64,000 nucleotides of DNA. Origin: Gammaproteobacteria bacterium. GTDB lineage: Bacteria > Pseudomonadota > Gammaproteobacteria > Pseudomonadales > Azotimanducaceae. The stretch lies in the NCBI GenBank assembly GCA_042091155.1, contig JBELHZ010000006.1, positions 9,071-73,070 of the forward strand, read 5' to 3'. A program made the translations under genes and the position numbers. Shown here in pieces: positions 61,582 to 64,000 of this stretch (its first letter is position 1; every line of letters begins with the position of its first letter). Below the pieces are notes generated by a model. That model was given only the letters and a program-made list of their open reading frames with translations, made no database searches and had not been told where the DNA came from.

Positions 61582-62151
61582 CTAAGATTTATCCTCACCG
61601 CCGCTTTCCATCGCGTCTTTCAGTCCAGCAAACGGAAAGCGCCTCGTATCATCGACGTCGCTTTCTGGCACTGCTTCTTTGTCTGTCTCTTTGCCTTCTG
61701 TGCCGTAATACATGGAAGGCATATGAGGACAATCATCATCAATACACACTCGGTCGGGTAGCGCGAGCAAAAGCTCATCCTCGACCAACTCAACCACGTT
61801 CACGTTCGGGCTCGCCACCACGACCACATCCGTCCCGGGCGCAACCGAATCCCATTTGTCGGCTTGCTCTTCGCTAAACGCGATCAATGCAGTAAATGTC
61901 GCATCAACCCGTCGGGGCACCATCTCTTCGCAACGATGACACCCCAATTTCACCTGCGCCGCCACGTATCCTTTTACCGTCGCCCGACCCTGGTCATCAA
62001 GACCAAAGGTCAGTTCAGTGGTCACCATGTCCGATGCGCCGCACGCTTGCGCAAAACGGGGCAAGGATGTGGGGTCCAATTGGCGCGATACCACCGCTTG
62101 CTGCTGAGCTAGAGAGCGGTAAGTAGACGACCCTGAAACTTGGGAATTCAT
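61582..62151 (-). CDS. yceD: YceD (DUF177) large-subunit rRNA accumulation protein
   Basis: C-x-R-C...C-P motifs (GCHRCEEMV ... DDDCPHM), an acidic C-terminus, and position upstream of rpmF. Confidence 0.85.
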   Translation of the reverse strand: MNSQVSGSSTYRSLAQQQAVVSRQLDPTSLPRFAQACGASDMVTTELTFGLDDQGRATVKGYVAAQVKLGCHRCEEMVPRRVDATFTALIAFSEEQADKWDSVAPGTDVVVVASPNVNVVELVEDELLLALPDRVCIDDDCPHMPSMYYGTEGKETDKEAVPESDVDDTRRFPFAGLKDAMESGGEDKS

Positions 62152-62313
62152 GGCGGCGCAACTATAGGTACCTCTGCACAGAGTGTAAAGTACCTCCGCT
62201 CCAGAAACGCGTCTTTACGGCAGCTCAAGGCCCTGATTTATTTCATAAATACTCAGTACCCTCTGGTTTAGAAAGGAATCGCCCCGTCACAAACACCGCA
62301 GGAGAGAACTGCC

Positions 62314-62922
62314 ATGCCTACCCCGTTGATTTTGGGTTCGTCTTCTCGCTATCGAGCCGCCGCTTTACGGACACTGGGTCTCGAATTCCAACAAATAACG
62401 CCGAATGTCGATGAAAGCCCGCGCAAGGGAGAAACCCCCAACGATCTGGCTCTGAGATTGGCTCAGGAGAAAGCCCGCTACCTGGCCCAACGGCACCCAG
62501 GGGCTGTGGTCATTGGCAGCGACCAAGTCGGATCCTGCGAGCGGCGGCTGCTAAGCAAACCAGGTACCCAAGCAAACGCCATCCAATCACTGCAGCAATG
62601 CAGCGGTAAGCTCGCCACGTTTTATACCGCTCTCGCTCTTGCTCGATCGGCACCTGACGGAGAAATCGAAATTACCAGCCACATCAGCGTAACCGAGTTG
62701 AAGTTTCGCACGCTCAATACCGAACAAATCGAGTACTACGTGCAGCAAGACATGCCCACTGACGCGGCCGGCGCCTTTAAGGCCGAAGGATTGGGGATCA
62801 GTCTTTTCGACTACGTACGCGCTGAGGACCCCAGCGCACTGATTGGCCTCCCTCTGATCGCACTCACTACCTGTTTGAAAGGCTTTGGCATCGACCCACT
62901 GGCCAGTCGTGTGGGTCTTTGA
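62314..62922 (+). CDS. yceF: Maf-family nucleoside-triphosphate pyrophosphatase (YceF-type)
   Basis: LILGSSSRYR, IGSDQV, AGAFKAEGLG. Divergent from yceD as in enterobacteria. Confidence 0.9.
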   Translation: MPTPLILGSSSRYRAAALRTLGLEFQQITPNVDESPRKGETPNDLALRLAQEKARYLAQRHPGAVVIGSDQVGSCERRLLSKPGTQANAIQSLQQCSGKLATFYTALALARSAPDGEIEITSHISVTELKFRTLNTEQIEYYVQQDMPTDAAGAFKAEGLGISLFDYVRAEDPSALIGLPLIALTTCLKGFGIDPLASRVGL

Positions 62923-62949
62923 GCCTCATCGGTTAGGCAACCTAGGGGT

Positions 62950-63855
62950 TCACGCTTTCAATTCCGCCCAAATGCTCGCCATTGTTGGCTCAAGCGGTGC
63001 GGATACGTCCAACCTGTCTCCGCCTACGGGCACGACCAATCGTGATGCGTGTAAACACAAGCGTTCGACGTCCTTTGGCCCGGATGTGCCACCGTATTTG
63101 GTATCACCCCAAATAGGGTGTCCTTGAAACTGAGCGTGCACCCTTATCTGGTGTGTGCGTCCGGTATGCAACGCCGCTTGCAACAGGGTCCCAAGCTCCC
63201 CGTGTTCTACGATCTGAAAGTCCGTGCGCGCGACCTGGCCCTTCGCATCGACTCGCACTCGGCGCTCACCCCAATCTGTCTCGTATCGCAGCAGGCGATC
63301 TTGGACGGTTCGGGTCTTAGCTGGCCACCGGCCTTGCGCAATTAGTGTGTACTTTTTCTTAACCGTTCGTTCTCTGAATGCGGCCTGCACCTCTTTCAGT
63401 ACGGCGCGTTTTTTGCACAGCAACAGACACCCTGAGGTATCCCGATCCAACCGGTGAGCCAACTCGATACGCGGCTGCCCCCGCATCAGGCGAAGCATCT
63501 CCACCACGCCACTCGTTATCGAGCTCCCTCCGTGCACCGCGAAGCCATACGGTTTATTGATTGCGATAAAATCCTTGTCCTCGAACAGAATGCTCGCCTC
63601 TAGGACTTGCTGAGTTTCTTCGTTCAATTGAACCGGTGCTTCTGCCCGGGTTGAAACCGGGGGTATGCGGACACGATCCGTCGCCTTTAAGCGGTAGGTT
63701 TGTTTAACCCGGCCACTGTTTACCCGGACCTCGCCTTTACGGAGAATGGAATAAATTTTCTGTTTTGGAACGCCTTTTAGCCGGCGCATTAGAAAATTAT
63801 CGATGCGCTGGCCGACATCATTTTCATCGTCAATGTCGACAAAGGTCACGCCCAT
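62950..63855 (-). CDS. rluC: 23S rRNA pseudouridine synthase, RluC-type (RluA family with S4 domain)
   Basis: N-terminal S4 domain (RIDNFL...GEVRVN), catalytic HRLDRDTSG and GRTHQIRVH. The locus next to maf matches rluC, and the sequence to its right would be the rne leader. Confidence 0.85.
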   Translation of the reverse strand: MGVTFVDIDDENDVGQRIDNFLMRRLKGVPKQKIYSILRKGEVRVNSGRVKQTYRLKATDRVRIPPVSTRAEAPVQLNEETQQVLEASILFEDKDFIAINKPYGFAVHGGSSITSGVVEMLRLMRGQPRIELAHRLDRDTSGCLLLCKKRAVLKEVQAAFRERTVKKKYTLIAQGRWPAKTRTVQDRLLRYETDWGERRVRVDAKGQVARTDFQIVEHGELGTLLQAALHTGRTHQIRVHAQFQGHPIWGDTKYGGTSGPKDVERLCLHASRLVVPVGGDRLDVSAPLEPTMASIWAELKA

Positions 63856-64000
63856 TAATCGAGACCACCGAAAGAAAAAATCAAAGGTTTGAAGGGCTTA
63901 GCAATCACTGTTAACATCCGTCCGCTGTTTGGGGTCATTCTTGTCGTCATCTTACGTGACGCTCTGCCTCAAACCGCATGGTACTCGAAAGCTGGAACGT

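Noticed and set aside
1-64000. CRISPR arrays, rRNA genes, IS elements, prophage or defence-system genes
   Set aside because: No regularly spaced direct repeats were noticed. No rRNA-like sequence was seen. No transposase, integrase, recombinase, restriction or nuclease-NTPase type ORFs appear in the six-frame track.

Overview
This looks like a chromosomal segment of a moderately GC-rich Gram-negative bacterium, most likely a marine-type gammaproteobacterium. Supporting gene orders are gacA/uvrY-(UDG)-uvrC-pgsA, the housekeeping block rluC / maf / yceD-rpmF-plsX-fabD-fabG-acpP-fabF-mltG-tmk-holB-tatD, and a Vibrio-type six-gene TonB2 cluster. The left ~28 kb is more accessory. It carries two paralogous Rieske oxygenases (one translationally coupled to a GH2 glycosidase), purU, a BCCT transporter, a quinone-oxidoreductase/LLM/PhyH operon, a class III adenylate cyclase, a SiaA/SiaC/SiaB-like partner-switch operon, a CoA-transferase, an acyl-CoA synthetase and a TonB-dependent receptor. 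The right ~36 kb is mostly core genes (deaD, tRNA-Cys, gcdH, pyrF, ribE, phoB, pepQ, a DPP-IV-like peptidase and the fab cluster). I saw no rRNA, CRISPR array, transposase, integrase or phage genes. I did not find a clear multi-gene block of unknown proteins that would amount to an obviously new system. The best leads are: (1) the Sia-like switch, which has no diguanylate cyclase and instead faces a sensor-less adenylate cyclase; (2) a GacA/UvrY orthologue whose phospho-acceptor Asp is Glu; (3) the Rieske oxygenase-GH2 pair next to an alpha/beta-hydrolase remnant; (4) CoxM/CoxS-like subunits with no molybdopterin large subunit; and (5) a 15-bp perfect inverted repeat with a C/U-rich loop downstream of deaD. 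All family calls rest on motif recognition in the supplied translations, on my own translations, and on remembered family consensus. No database search was run. Many ORF-track starts were trimmed to internal start codons that fit family length and ribosome-binding sites.
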